Positions 1 to 14,900 are shown, numbered from the whole stretch's first letter. The stretch: 63,982 nucleotides of DNA, filler included, from Intoshia linei (GCA_001642005.1; 6 parts of 6 records of this genome joined end to end with filler, not necessarily neighbours in it), one strand, 5' to 3'. Numbers and translations are program-made. Notes: a model not told the origin generated them from the sequence alone.

Positions 1-532
1 TTGTAATAATTTAAATTTGAATCAGAAGAGACAACCTTGCCTAAGGAAATCAATAAAAATTGAATCAGTGGTTTCAACGTCAACGGACATTAAGTATGAG
101 TGGCAATATATTGAAAGAAATGGCGCTGGAAATTGCCAGTCTTTTGAATTTGAACTATTTTAAAGCCTCTACTGGTTGTTTAAATTTTTTTTTTTAATCA
201 GAGATTCTATTAAATCAAAAAAAATTGTAAGAGAATCAAAATTAGTAAGCGAGTCTAAAATAAAAGAATTATTTTCTGAAGCTGTAGAAAAATATAGAAA
301 TAATAACATTTAACTGTGATGAAACCAGATCTTATAAAAGAAAGATCTTTTAAAAGAAAAAATTGAAAACACCAACAAATTAGAAACTATTTTCCATTGC
401 AAAAATAAATACTTATATATTTGTATTAATATTCATTTGATTCTTAATTCATATTCCTATTGTACAACCAACTCTATTATGAATATTCCAAATATCCGGT
501 CCCTTGACATTTATATTGTACAGAAACTACTG
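1..532 (+). mobile_element. Degenerate pogo/Tigger-like DNA transposon fragment (right end)
   Basis: Broken translation LSMSGNILKEMALEIASLLNLNYFKASTG (CENP-B-type HTH) and FNCDET (start of the DDE domain). Ends ...aaactactg followed by TA, matching a CAGT-type terminal inverted repeat (TIR) plus TA target. Confidence 0.7.
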
Positions 533-787
533 TAAATTGAGAAAATGTTAAACTTGAAAATGCAAAATTTAAAATGTCAAGAAACCGAAACAACAAATTC
601 AGCAAATTGTTTAAATTAAATCAATAAAGTTGTAATCAAATCTATAATTGTATAGTAACATAAATTGGCAATTTTGCGCGTTGAGCGATAAAAAATCATA
701 CTGTTTACGTTAAACACGCAATTTCTTTTATTTTAAATAATCAATTTATTTCTATATTAAACACTATTAAAATAATTGGACTACAGT

Positions 788-3700
788 ATGGGAGAATTGG
801 TGCAATTTACAAATATAATAAAAAATTTATCATCAAATGAAAACGAAATAAGAAGCTTAGCCGAGGTTATTTTTGGGTCATTTTATTGTAAAATAAATTC
901 TTTAATACTTTAATAATAATGTTTTATAGAACGAGTACAATTCCATTGAAATAAAGGAGAAAATTAATCTACTTATACAATTTTCAATTAAAAATGACAC
1001 TGAATCTCAGGTTTATCTATTTTTTAGTGTTTTTAAAAAATAACGTAGCCTCGTGACATGTGTTGTGTTTTGCTGAGGCGAATATTTTCAAAAGAATTGA
1101 TTCAATACTGGGACTGTACAGATATTCCCACACGCCAAGACTTGAAGAGTAAAATGCTTCTCATGTTAAATTATGCACTTTCTCAAAATCAACTTTATAC
1201 CAAAATCTGTGACACTGTTTGTGAGTTTGTTCGATTCTTGATTGGTAATATTTTACATTGAAATGTATTGAATTGTGTTAATTAAAATTAGAAATTCACC
1301 AAGATGGCGACAAAGATTGGATACCTTTCCTCGATATAATTTGTACTAACGCCACATCGCCAAATGAAACCACGTGCTTGACTTGTTTGTATATTATTAA
1401 GTATGTACCTTTATTTTTTCTGTAACGGTTAATTTTAGCGACGTTCCAAGCATGTTGGATGAAACTATTGGTGGTATGCAAGATATGGTTATTACCATTT
1501 TTGACAAAAATTTGTGCAATTCAAACGTTTTGGACGTATGACTTTGTCTAATTTATTTCATTTCATTTTAGATTCTATATATGTGCTGTCGTGCCCTCTG
1601 CAGTTTTGTAATGTACAATCTAAGTGAATCTGAAGAATACGATAAATTTTATAAATATTTGCCTTATATTTTTGAAGTACACAAGCAAACTGTCGGCAAA
1701 GACGACATTGATTTGATTAAATCTATTATTGAAATTGCTGAACATTGTCCTAAATATTTCATAAATCACATTCAACCCATAATTGAACTTTCTCTAACAG
1801 TAATTTTACATTTTTTTGTTTTTACATTTTATAGATTCTGGACGATCCGCATGTGGACGAAGAGTGGAGGTCTTTGAGTTTAGAACTTATTATCACCACT
1901 TGTGAATCGTCTTCTGCCGCTTGCCGTAAACAAGAAGATTTAATTACTAAATTTGGTAACTTTTTATAGAATTTGTGGCAATTTTATATTTAGTTGATTC
2001 TCTTTTGAAGATTATGACTGAACTTGATGACGATCAAAAGGAATGGTTGGAATCTGAAGAAGACGAAGATTCGTGTGATGATGGGTTTGTTTTAATTTAT
2101 TCGTTGATTCGAATTTGAATGCGTTATGATAAAATTCTTCAATCATGCTTTAATGATATTCATGTAGTAAACATTAATTAAGATTGAGAATAACCATGTT
2201 TGTTTTGAAAATTACGAAATTGTTTGGTAATATACCGAACTGATCGAAATAATACATTGAAATTCAGTTAAATAAATTAAATTTACCCGTTGTATTATTT
2301 CAATAACTAATTGAATTATGTCAAAGTTGAATAAATTAATTTAAATAAATGATTTATTAATTTTATATCTGTTATCATAATAATGATAAAAATTCAACCT
2401 TTATCGTTCAACGAACTTAATTTATTGATATAGTATTCAAATTAAATAAAATAATGACTATTTACCGTTGTAATAATTGTTTTTAGTTTACCCAGTACAG
2501 CTGAGGCCGCTCTAGACAGACTGTCAATTTGTATCGGTGGAAAATTAGTAGTAAATGCATTTTTCCGTCAACTTGAGATGTTGGTGACACAAGGTTCACA
2601 TTGCTAAATTGTTTTTAATTATATTTTCAGAAAATTGGAAATTTAGATATACAGCAATGATGGCTATTTCTTCTATTGGCGAAGGTGGTTGTAAAGAAAT
2701 GGAACCCTATTTAGGAGATTTAGTTCAAGCTTGTGGATACTTGGCAAAAGATAAGGTAATTGAGATTAATGTGTTATTTACTATTTTTTTGTAGCACCCA
2801 AGAGTTAGATATGCAACATGTAATGCTATTGGTCAAATGTCTAGCGATTTTTCTCCCGTCTTTCAGAAAACATACCACTTTGAGGTAATTATTATTATTT
2901 AATGCTTGTATTTATGTTTCATCTATTCACCTAATATCCTGATGTATTATATCCAAACACAAAACCACTTATCAGTCAGTTTAAGGTAGATATCATATTA
3001 AGTATAACTGTTTTGACATCATTATGAGTTATGGATGGATTATGGCATAAAATAGATATTTATTAGAATTTTAAAGGCTTTTAACCATATCTAAACCACA
3101 AATAATTATTTTAAAAATCTATCTTCTATACTTATGTAAAGTAATTTAGTTAAAAATGTTTGTATATTTGTCTCTTCTAGTTTATTTAAGAAAGTAAGAG
3201 TAGTCGAGTTTTAAAAATAAAATCAGCTCAAAATTTTTGAAATTGAACAGTGAGTCGTCAACCGAAAATGTCGATCGAAAGCACTTCTCTAATGTGTTCA
3301 ATGTTAATAAAATAGATTCGAAATAAAAAAAAATGAATACTAAAGTGCTTTTTTGACCATGAAGGCGTCATTTTATCAGATAGAAATTTTTGGTGTGTGT
3401 TAACTGGATATAACTATCATTTTTGCAAAAATGATAATCTATTGGTTTGATTGTTAAAAGGTACTTTTTTGAGGTTGCTATTTATGATAATGCTTATGTA
3501 TGTATTAAATTAAAATTAAAAGGAAAAAAATATTAATTTAGCATTAAATACTAATTGGATATATTTCTTATATTGCGGGTACTTTATTTCCTATTTAAAT
3601 GTGAGTTCTCAAATTTTAATAATTTTGAAGTGTTTAAAATATAGCACATATTTATTTTAAACCACAGCATTTATTGCGGGTTCTATTTTTCATATACATT

Positions 3701-6700
3701 ATCATTAGAAAATGTGGAAAACATTAAATTTAAATGATGCATTAATGAAACATTAATATGATTTTTATATTACAATCCTTTGCAATAATGGTAAAATTTG
3801 ACTGAAATGTTTATAAAGTGAAGATTCAGTTAATTATTGATACACAATTGGTATTTTTAAGTATTATTAAATTGGCACTGAATATGTGTCATGACATTGA
3901 AAATGACAAAATAGGTTTTTATAATTTTATGTTTTCTGGAATTTATGTTATTTATGAAAATTTTTAGAAAATTAAATTAAATTATTTAATTAATTAAAAT
4001 TTTGGACTGTTAATACTTTATTTTTAATATTATACACACACTCTGTTAAATAAATTAAAAAGATGGGATAACAATTATTTTTAAAATTCTGTACGCAAAT
4101 GTTAAACAAAAAATTAAAATAGAATAATTCACTTTAAAGTAAAAAGTAATGTGATATGATGGTTCCACCTGAAACAAAATTTGGGACCACTCTTTTAAAG
4201 GATTGATAATAGTGAATTGTAGGATTTTTAAGATTTTCAACATGAATTTATTTTTTTGGTATAATAAAAATGTGTCTTCGGCAGAGCTAGATGCTGTTTG
4301 TACGTAGTACATAACAGTCAAGCTAGTGTTTAATAAAATTTGAGGACATGTTTTATTTTTAAACAAAGTGTAATTTGTGGTTTTAACCATGAAAGTATGC
4401 GTTTCTGATGCTGAGATTTACGACAATGTTAATGATTTTAAAATGCGTCCAGAATGTGTTTGTTATGTTTTATTAAATTTTTAAACAAAAGCGGAAATTG
4501 TGTTTTTTACTTTGAAGGACTCAAATTCGGAAACTGAAAAATAGATACCAACACCTGCGAAAAACTATTAGAATTTGTATTGTTTTAATTCTACGGGTGT
4601 TCATTTTTTAAACATACACTAACTGTTAGCTATAACACAGACATTCAATTTTATATAAGTAAAATCACCGAAATATATTTTTAAAATGCTGATACCGTTA
4701 ATTATTGATACAAAATATTATTTTCTTCATCGAAATCAGATACTGAATATATCATCACATTAAAGACGGTACCGGTATTTACAATTTTATTTTTCTAGAA
4801 TTTAAGCTATTTATAACAATTTTTAGAACTACTGTTTTTACTTTACTTTTAAGATTATACACTTATTCTCTAATAAATTAAAAAAATTAGATATAAACTA
4901 TTTAATAATATAATTATTATTTAATTAGTATTAGTTTTTTTATAATACAAAAATTTTTGTGGACCTGAAATATCGTTTTTTTACTATCAGATTTCTAATG
5001 ATGTATTATTTAATGATTATTAAGAAGCTTCTATCACGCTGTATTGTGTTATATTTATTTATTCTCACCAACGACTTTATTAGTGAAATTGAAAGTATTT
5101 TCTAAAATTTTTTATTGTACAGAGACTTCAACAATTTATTTATACTAATAAACCCTGACTCATTTAATTATAATTATCTATTTCAGGATGGTCCAAAGCG
5201 TGGCAGACCAGATAAAAATGTGCGACCCATGATATTGTTTATAAATATATTTCGGAACAAAAAACAAAAAAATCTGATTTAACTGACGCTTTGTGAAACG
5301 GTGTATAGCTGGATACATATAAACTTTGATGAAACGCACAAATGCACTTAGCGAATTGTTTGAAAAAATTTATTTACAAAAATATGATTATCGTTGTAAT
5401 TTTTTGATTAATCTGAAATTTTAACTTTTTGATTTTTTAATGTTGCGGCCCGCGAAATTTGTAAAATTTATTTTTTGACCTTCACTTTCCATGTGTTTGA
5501 ACCACCCTGATTTATATTATTAACCTTTCTTATTTTTAATCTTATAAATAAATATTTTTATGTATATTTAAAATTATAATATTGAATATAAAATTTGGTA
5601 AAATTTAAATTACGTTTAGATTGTTAATATAATTTGCAACATGTTATCTGATCCTGTAAACAGAGTTCGTGCTCATGCAGCCTCAGCCTTAGTAAATTTT
5701 TGTGATGAATGTCTGAAACGAGTTTTTATTCCATATATGAGCAAGATTATTGACGCCCTTCAAAATGTAATGAACGATACTATGAGCGACTTTACCATCA
5801 GTAATAAAAAGTTGGTTTTGGAACATACAGTTACCGCTTTGGCAGCAATTGCTGACACAACAGAAAGTGCTTTTCTTCCCTACTACGATACTTTTATGCC
5901 TGGATTGAAAGCAATCGTTCGTCATTGTGCTGAAAAAGATTTTGGAATTTTTAGAGGCAAAACAATCGAGTGTATTAGTTTAATTGGTGTAGCCGTTGGA
6001 AAAGAAAAATTTATGGGTGACTGCGAAGATGTTGTAAATTTGCTTCTTGACACTCAAAAAGCTCAACAAGATCAAAACATTCAGTTTGATAATGTTGAGC
6101 ATTCCTATATGGTTTCGGCTTGGGCTCGAATGTGTAAAATTATGGGTAAAGATTTTTCAAAATACCTTCATATTGTCATGCCACCATTAATGCTAGCGGC
6201 TAAATTCAGTCCTGAAGTACGCTATTGCGACAAAGAAGAACGCAAAGAAGTTGAAAAAAATGACGATTGGGAAGTTATACCTGTCACAGATTCCAAAAGT
6301 TTAGCAGTTCGGACTTCTGGGTTGGAAGAAAAGGAAAGTGCTTTCAGTATGTTGATTTGCTATGCACAAGAACTTAAAGAAAATTTTTGCGAATACGTTG
6401 AACCCACCCTTTCATTAATGTTGACCCATTTAGACTTTCAATTGGATGATTCTTGTCGAACTTTAGCTTCTGAAGCCATACCGCATTTGATAACTTGTAT
6501 AAAAGAGGGATCCAACGAAGAGAAAATGAGGCATGTTTGGTCAACCTTAGTTGTAGATATTGTTATTAAGGCGTTATTAAATGAACGAGAAAGTGAAGTT
6601 TGTACAGAAATGTTGGAAAACCTTTCTACCTGTATAGAAATGATTGGTGAGCCAGCCCTAAATGAAGAACAATTACAAAATTTGATTAAATTTATAATTG

Positions 6701-7928
6701 CTAAATTGGAAGATCACCATAAATTGCAACTTAAAAGATCGGAAAAAAGAAATGATGAATATTACGACGACATTGTTGAAGAACAATTGATGGAAGAAGA
6801 CGAAGATTCATTATTTTTATTGCACAGATGTAATGATCTCATTGGAACATTGCTGGATATTTATAAAGATAAATACCAAATTGTTGAACAACTTCTCTCT
6901 GTTATTTGTAAAATGAACACACCTTCAAATCCTTATGCTGATCGAAACTGGGCTTTAAATGTTTTTTGCAGTATTATAAAATCCCTTGGTAAAGAATCTG
7001 TTAGATACCAAAGATTCTTTTTACCACCAATCAAAGAATATATTTGCCACTCCGATCAAGACTTGAGACAGTCTGCTTGCTATAGTATTGGACTTATGGC
7101 TGAATATGGCGAGGGTGCATATGATGATTATATCAAAGGTAGTTTATATTTTTTTTACTATACTTACTATTCAATGATTTTAAATGTATTTTTACTCAAT
7201 TTTCTTGATTTCATAATGTTGCATTTAACTAAATTTTTTCAAAATTTTGAGAAAATTCAATAAATTTCAGTCATTGATAATATAATTTAATAATAATATA
7301 TATATCATTATATATATATATATAATATCATTGATGATAATTTAATTTAACTCATAATTTTTACTTATCACCGAATTTATTTAATTTTAGAATCTGTTCC
7401 AATTCTGATCAATTTGTGCAGAGAAACTTCACGAACCGACTACAACTATTGGTTAGCTAAAGAAAATGCAGTTTCTTCATTAGCTAAAATTATGAAATTT
7501 ACCAATGATTTTCGAAACTCTTCTGAATTACTAAAAATGTGGTTTGAATGGATGCCAATCACTGAAGACGAAGACGAAGCTGTATTTGTATATGGTTTTA
7601 TGTGCGATTTGATTGAAAGGTAATTTAAAAAAATATAAATATATCATTTACATTTAGTGGTAATCCATTTTTCAAGGATAATGAAAATATTGTAAAATCA
7701 ATTCATCACTTTTCTGACGCATTGTTTGCAGATTGTATTGAAGAAGACTCGGAAACTTACTCTCGAATTAAAAGGCTAATCACCGATATATATGTAATTT
7801 TTTATTTAATTTGATTCAATTTTTATTAAACTATTTAGAACAACGATGCTTTGAGATTACAGTACATTGACAATTTAAGCGAACAGCGTAAAGACACTCT
7901 AATGAACTTTTTAAATATTCAAAATTGA
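788..7928 (+). CDS. IPO5: Importin-5 (karyopherin beta-3), multi-exon HEAT-repeat protein
   Basis: Exon 1 788-865 [26 protein letters not shown] splices in phase to NEYNSI.. and [10 protein letters not shown]. Later exons carry [97 protein letters not shown] and [15 protein letters not shown] introns; stop TGA at 7926-7928. One ~2.7-kb repeat-filled intron (~2885-5620). Confidence 0.93.
5184..5509. mobile_element. hAT-type MITE in IPO5 intron
   Basis: Imperfect TIRs caggatggtccaaa / tttgaaccaccctg. Related to the element at 54793-55769. Confidence 0.5.
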
Positions 7929-8027
7929 CTATAATAATCACCTCAAACTGGGACGATAAAACCTCATGGCTTATAATTTTTATTAAATTTTAATTTATTG
8001 TTGGACTTGTTTTGAATAAAATATAGT

Positions 8028-8626
8028 CTATAATATTTCAATTTTTTCGAAGGCTGTTTGTTTCGTAAAAATTACATCCATATTTCTGAAATCTACAAAT
8101 AAGTTTTAAAATTTCGTTAAACTTTTTATATTAAACTTACTACAAGTCTCTAAACCAGCACAAGAAGGTACGATTGTCGTGTATTGATTAACCAAGTCAT
8201 TTTTATTTGCAATTACGTTAATAATAGCTCTATCGTTGTAAATCTAAACATTTTCTAATAAATTGCTAAATAGTTGTAATCACCGTGAAAAGATTGAGCC
8301 ATTCTTCAACGGAGAAAAAAGATTCTAAATTTTTGATATCGTACACAATTAAAACAGCGTCGGCTTTGCGTAAAAATAAAGGATTTAAAAAGCGATATTT
8401 TGTTTGCCCAGACATGTCCCAGAATTAAATATACTTATTTTCTATGTTTGTTTTTTTGTAAAAAAAATCAACGCCTATTAAAATAATGTTAAGCATAACC
8501 AAAAATACCTATAGTCGGTTGATTATCATGTCTAAATGACTTTGAACAACTAGATAAACAAAATGCAGTTTTATCAGAGATACAGTCTCCTATTAAAAAA
8601 AATTTGCACAAGTATATATCATTCAT
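8028..8626 (-). pseudogene. Divergent Rab-like small GTPase, 4 exons, in-frame TAA at 8425-8427
   Basis: Spliced translation MNDIYLCKFFLIGDCISDKT..QPTIGVDF..NKYI*FWDMSGQTKYRFLNPLFLRKADAVLIVYDIKNLESF..VEEWL..VIANKND.. has recognisable G1-G4 boxes. Three GT-AG introns are in phase. No C-terminal Cys motif. Confidence 0.75.
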
Positions 8627-8906
8627 TACCAAATGAAATGTATTTATTTACAAGTCAATGAACCATTACAACTATAAATAAATTCTTTTAATATAACATG
8701 AAGTATTATAAATAAAAAAATTCAATCTTTGAAATCTAATCAAAATTCTATTAAATCTAACCATCGATCATTGAGTATAGCTTTAAAAAATCAATATAGA
8801 TTATTGAATTTTTGCTTTTTCAAAATCAAGTACCGATATTGTTGTACTGATAAATTTGCAAAAGTAAATCAATATACATATAGATATTTGGAAATTTATT
8901 AATATA

Positions 8907-11900
8907 ATGATAGTTTTAATTTTTTTGACCATTCTAGTGTGTGGCTCCCCTACAGAAATTGATTCTAATGTGTATTATATTTTATGATAAGATTGCATAT
9001 TTATTACATATATAGATTTACTAAAACCGCTAATGACATTGGAGAAGCACTAAAAATGAAAATTGAACAAGTGGCTCCGATCGAAGAACTTCGAAAGGTA
9101 CAAGTTTTATAAAAACAAAAATACCGACACATTTTAAACTGCATATTAAATGCTTTGAACCAAAGAATATCTGCCAAATGGCAGCAGTTATTACTAATAA
9201 TGGTACTACGTGCATGTTCTTTTAAGAGTCAGATTTCGCAATAATACATAAATACATAATAGTTTAAATTTTAATTTTATTTCATTTAGAAATATCATCC
9301 AGTTGTCACTAAAGTAGAAAAAATTGATATGGAACACGCTAAACTTGTTTTATCTAGAGTTGTTAATGAAATTTCAAAATTAATTGCCAAGAAAAAACAA
9401 GTTGTGAATGTAAATATTTTATCATATTTGCTTTTCGTCCCATATGTATTAGTAACGAAACAATCATTCATTGAATGTTCATAGAATGATAATTTTTTAA
9501 TCAACATATTCTATCGTACCGGACTTTACGCGATTACGTGTAATCAATTGGATTACAGTATTGGTACAGTTGCGTATTATTAGTGTGAATTAATATGTTT
9601 TGAGAAAAATAATAATGTATATTAAATGTTATAATAGTACATTAATCTAATGTCAATTAATTTTTTTAAATTTCATATTTGTTAGATTTGGATAAATTTT
9701 GATTATAATTAATTAACAAGTAAATAATTATTTAGAAACTTGTCAATTCAACTGAAATGGAATATATAAATCATGTTGATGAAAAAATCGATAAAAGTTC
9801 TCCGGTACTGATATATTATGTGTATATTATTTTTATTTTATTTTTTTCTGTAATGCAATTCATTCCACTTCAACCTTTTTCATCTTGCGAAAAAATTTAT
9901 GTAAATTCGAATATATCATGCTTGGGATCTCAAAATTCAAAATAGAATCAAATAAAAAAAATTTCTCTAAATTTTTTTTCACATTGTAGGATGAATTTAC
10001 TTTTCATTTTTAATTTTAATCCAACATTTGAAAACCATTGGGTGATAATCTATTAAAAATTATGTTTCACCGGGAATGCGTAGATTTTTGGGGTTGAAAT
10101 TTTGTATTTATATTAAGTGGAATAAGCTGTATCAGAATAACCTTTTTTTTTAATTGTAGGGCCGTGAATTATTTCAAATTTTTTGTTTTAATAAAATAGT
10201 TTTGAAATAAAAAAATGAACATTAAAGTGCTCTTTTGACCGTAAAGGCGTCGCTTTGTCAAATTGAAATTTTTTGTGTGTGTTAACTGAGTATAACTGTA
10301 TCAACTCTAATTTTTTTTAAAATTCTCGGACGGTTTTCATTTTTTAAAAAAAGGGTAATGTGGGTTTTGATCGTGAAAATGAACTTTTTTGGGTTTGCAA
10401 TTTATGGTAATGTTTATGATTTTAAAACCTATCCCAGAATTAATGTTGTATAAAATTCTAGGACTTAATAATTTTTACAAAAAATGGTAATTTGTGGTTT
10501 TGGTCGTGAAGATATAAGATTTTGAAATTGAAATTTATCATAATGTGTATTTTTTATAGATTATATGTATATTATATTATATATTATGTGTATTTTACAG
10601 ATAAACATTTCAACTAAATTATTTTATATAAGTAAAAATTGTTATGCAATGTATTTTATCATTCTAGGAAAACAATAATTTTTTTAATTATATTTAATTT
10701 AGTTTTATCAATACAAAAATTTACATAAACTAAATTCCTCAAATTTTGATTTGGTTAAAAGAAAAAAATTTTTCAATTTATCAGTCAGTATTCATCAAAG
10801 CACAGTCCATTTGCCAGTTACTGTCTATGAAAAAGGTAATTTTTTTAATGTATATTACATGTATCTGAATATTAATTAAATTAATCAAATTAATCTTCAA
10901 CGAGTATTGAGGAGTGAGTTTCGAACAAATTTGGTCAGTATAATATTATCACGAAAAGTTAAAGACTATATTACATTTAAACCAAAAAACCTTACATTTC
11001 AAGTAGTGCACTTCAGTGTGTCGGATATACATTTGTATGTTAGATGACTAAATTGTTAAAACCGATTTAAGTTCATGGTTATCTGTGTATCCATAATTAA
11101 TAGTATGTGCTGATGTGTGTGTATGATGGAAAAACTTTAAAAACAAGGAAAAGTACATTTATATTTTTAAATTGAAAAAAATGTAAAAAACATTAAAATG
11201 TTTCGATAAGAAGTAATGCGGCTCGATACGTGTCAATTGTTCACTTGTTATCCAAAGTAAACTATTTTAACCGCCTCAAAACAGTATGAGAAAAATATCA
11301 ATAATATAAATAATAATCAATAATATAATAATAATTTGATATAAACCACTACAGCTCAACACATATTAAATATTGCCCGGTGGACATCAAATCTGGATAA
11401 AATATTTGTAATAAACAACAAAGAAAAAACCACTCGTTGGCAATATTTTTGTACTACTTCTGGACTGTACCGTATATACCCTGGTATAGTTTGGAATACC
11501 GATCAAAATATTCTATACAATTGTAGAATTGAACCATGGTAACTTTAAACCTTAATTAATATATAAAACTTTTATCACTTTATCAAGCGTTACATTTATA
11601 ATTTTTATCAAGGTATAACTACGCTGCAACATTTCGAAAAGATTTAATAATACTCTATGATATGAGTGGTTCCATGACGGGTAGAAATTTGCAAATGGCT
11701 AAATTTATATTATACAAACTAATGTCGACATTAACTGAAAATGATTACTTTAATGTTATAGTGGTAAAGTCTTATATTTAAATTTAAATGATGTCATTTC
11801 CCCAACTCTTTCATTTTAGTTTAATAATATTGTCAAGCCTATCGATAGATGCTACATTAATAAAATGATGCAAGCTACGGATATAAACAAAGAAGTACAG

Positions 11901-14900
11901 TCAAACTCGTCAATAATGAACCCTAAATCACAGATTTTTGACAGATTCATTATTAAAAATTTCTGTGATTTAATGAACATGTTAAGAAATGTCTGAATAA
12001 TAAAGTTCATTTTATTTTATTATAATAAATTTGTATAATAGCAACCATAAAAATCGTTACACCCACAATTTATATTTTGTTTCACCACATTTTTAAAGAT
12101 TTTTAAAAAAAATAAAATGTTAAAAATATACCCTACAAAATTTTCGACCTAAGATTATCTTCAAAATATTTTAAAAATGGGTAAAAAATAACTTCTCTTA
12201 AAAACCCTATCAAATTTTGAACCAAAAATTATCTTCATTATCTTTAAAATCTTTTAAAATAGGGTGAAAAATTTTCCTTTAAAAAAACCCAGAAAATTTT
12301 TGGTCAAAAAATCAATAATATCAAAATTAAAAACCATATTTTCTAAATTCATTATAATGAACTAACTTGACTGTTATGTACTAGGTACAAACAGGACCTA
12401 GCTCTGCCGAGGGCACATTTTTATAAAAAAATAAATTCATGTTTAAAATCTAACTTAAAAATCCTACTATTCACTATTATCAATTTTTTAAAGAAGTGGT
12501 TCCCAAATTTTTTTTAGGTGGAACCATCATATCACATTACTTTTTACTTTAAAGTGATTTATTCCATCTTAATTTTTTGTTTTTTAACATTTGAGTATAG
12601 AATTTTAAAAACAATTGTTATACCATTTTAAAGTTTTAATAAAAATATTTTGAATGTTTGAAAATGAGAATTTGAAATTTAAAAATTGCGTAGCAATGAA
12701 AAAAATTCCGAAAAAATGAATTATATAGATTTCCACCCATATTTCTTTATTGGAAATGTGTACGCGTACAATGCACATTGTTTTTTGAAATTCTAAAATC
12801 AATATTTAAATTTTTAATTTTCATCGAAATATTTGAAAAATATTGGTTGAGAATATATTAAAAATTATTTTTCATCGGGAATGCGTAGATTTTTCGGGTT
12901 TAACTTATGTGTTTATATCAACTGGAATAAACTCTATCAGAATAATTTTTTTTTTTTTAATTTTCGGAGCGTTACTTATTTCACATTTTTTGTTTTAATA
13001 AAATATTTTGAAAAAAATATATAAATGCTATTATGCTTTTTTGACCGTGAAGTCGTCACTCATTCGGATTGAAATTTTCTGTGTGTTTTAACAGTATACA
13101 ACAGGATGTAAAATTGAGAGGTTGAAATTTATCTTATTATACGTTCCGGAAAAAACTGTAATTGAAATGTGTATCTTTATAAAAGTCTAAGACGGGTAGT
13201 TATTTAAATAAAGCGTAACACACACAGACAGACACACACACAAACAAAAATTGCGTAGCATATTATATAAGTTAGGATTTAAACAATTTAAATAAAATAA
13301 TGAACTTCCATAATTTTTACAATGGCGCAGTCACAATTTTACAAAAAATCATTCACTATTAAAAAAATTCATTATTGACGAGTTTTACTGTATATTTAAA
13401 TTAAATTTGGTAAAATAATTCAGTATTCAGAGAGTAACCAGAATGGTCAATAATGTGGGAAACGATGTTGCAGACTTTGAAAACGCATTAATATTAGCTT
13501 TTGAGTACTTAAATAAAGTAAAATTAATTTAAATTATAAAATAATACAGTAGTACATGTATTTTTATTAATTTTTAACTATAGACTAAAAATTGTAATAA
13601 AGCGATAATGATTTTAACGGATGGTATATATCGAAATTATTATGAAATATATAAAAAATATAATTATCCTCACAAACCTATCAGGGTTTTTGTTTATGGT
13701 ATTGGAAATGCAATACGATATAAAAAACAACTTCAGTGGATGGCTTGCTCCAATCGAGGTACATTCATAGTTATTCATTTAAAAAGCATGGTTCATCTTT
13801 TATGAATTATTAGTAATTTATTAATAATTTATTAATATATTTAAATTTCTAAAATCTACGAAGTATCAAAATATCAAAATATGAAATTTTATTTAGGCTA
13901 CTTTTCACAAATTTCATCGATTTCCGACATTGAAGAAAAGATACATGTATAATTTAAATTTAAATTTTAAAATAAAAGTAAATAAGTAATAAATTACATT
14001 ACTAAAAGTTTTTAAATTGAAATCAGAATTTTGATCATTTATATTCATATTTTACACTATAAAACTGTATTTTGTAAATTAAAAAATAAAAGTTGTAAAA
14101 GACGATGCGATAATAAATATTACATGTCAATTATTATGAATTGTATTGCGCCATTTTATTAGATACATGTATATAGTTACGAGCGCGATAATCATAGTTT
14201 CGAGTTTTTTTATATTTAACAGGTAATATTTTATGCATTATATTTTAAAAATTTAAATTAAACAGTATATTTTTACGTTTTACAATTTACTTTTACATTT
14301 ACAATTTGTTTTTTTACTTATTAAATGTTATTCTTAGCTTTATACCAACATTATTAGCCGTAAAATTGGTTTATCGAATATTCAAAGAAATGTCATTACG
14401 TCGAGTCAATCGGTATCAATTTATCAATACGATTTTATAACTTATTAATTTATTTTTAATCGTTTACATATTAATTTTAGAGAATTGGAAAGGTGTTATC
14501 AATTTCACAACCAGTTTACGATAGAAAAAATAAGGTAATTTATCTAATCTATTATACTATATCGTATAGTACTCGATATGTATCAAATTTACATTTTGAT
14601 TTGAAAATTTTTACTATTTACATGATGTACCCTCAAAATTTTTAGACGTATGGAAATTTACTTGGTGTTATTGGAACCGATTTATTAATAACCGATTTGG
14701 AAGCGTTCTATGATATATTTTCTGTAATTTTTTTAATATTTGTATTAATTGTCGCCAATTAAATTTAATCATTTGTTATTTAATAATAATTTATTTAATA
14801 GTTATCACACGACTCGTATTTTTTTATTATTGATAATAATGGATTTGTCGTCAGCCATCCAAATTTTGATTCAAAGGTATACAATATACTAAACATGATT

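Noticed and set aside
4055-4390. 111-aa ORF and similar short ORFs (12605-12802, 30070-30270, 33075-33479, 60069-60281)
   Set aside because: They fall inside dispersed non-coding repeats whose other copies do not keep the frame.
5689-5925. Antisense ORFs overlapping IPO5, Fox, tropomyosin and ING3 exons
   Set aside because: Short shadow frames of real coding exons with no independent support.
8425-8427. Genome-wide TAA=Gln reassignment (ciliate-like code)
   Set aside because: RPL26, ATPAF2 and the 4-TM gene end in TAA, ING3 ends in TAG, and the long IPO5 exon has many Gln codons with no in-frame TAA/TAG.
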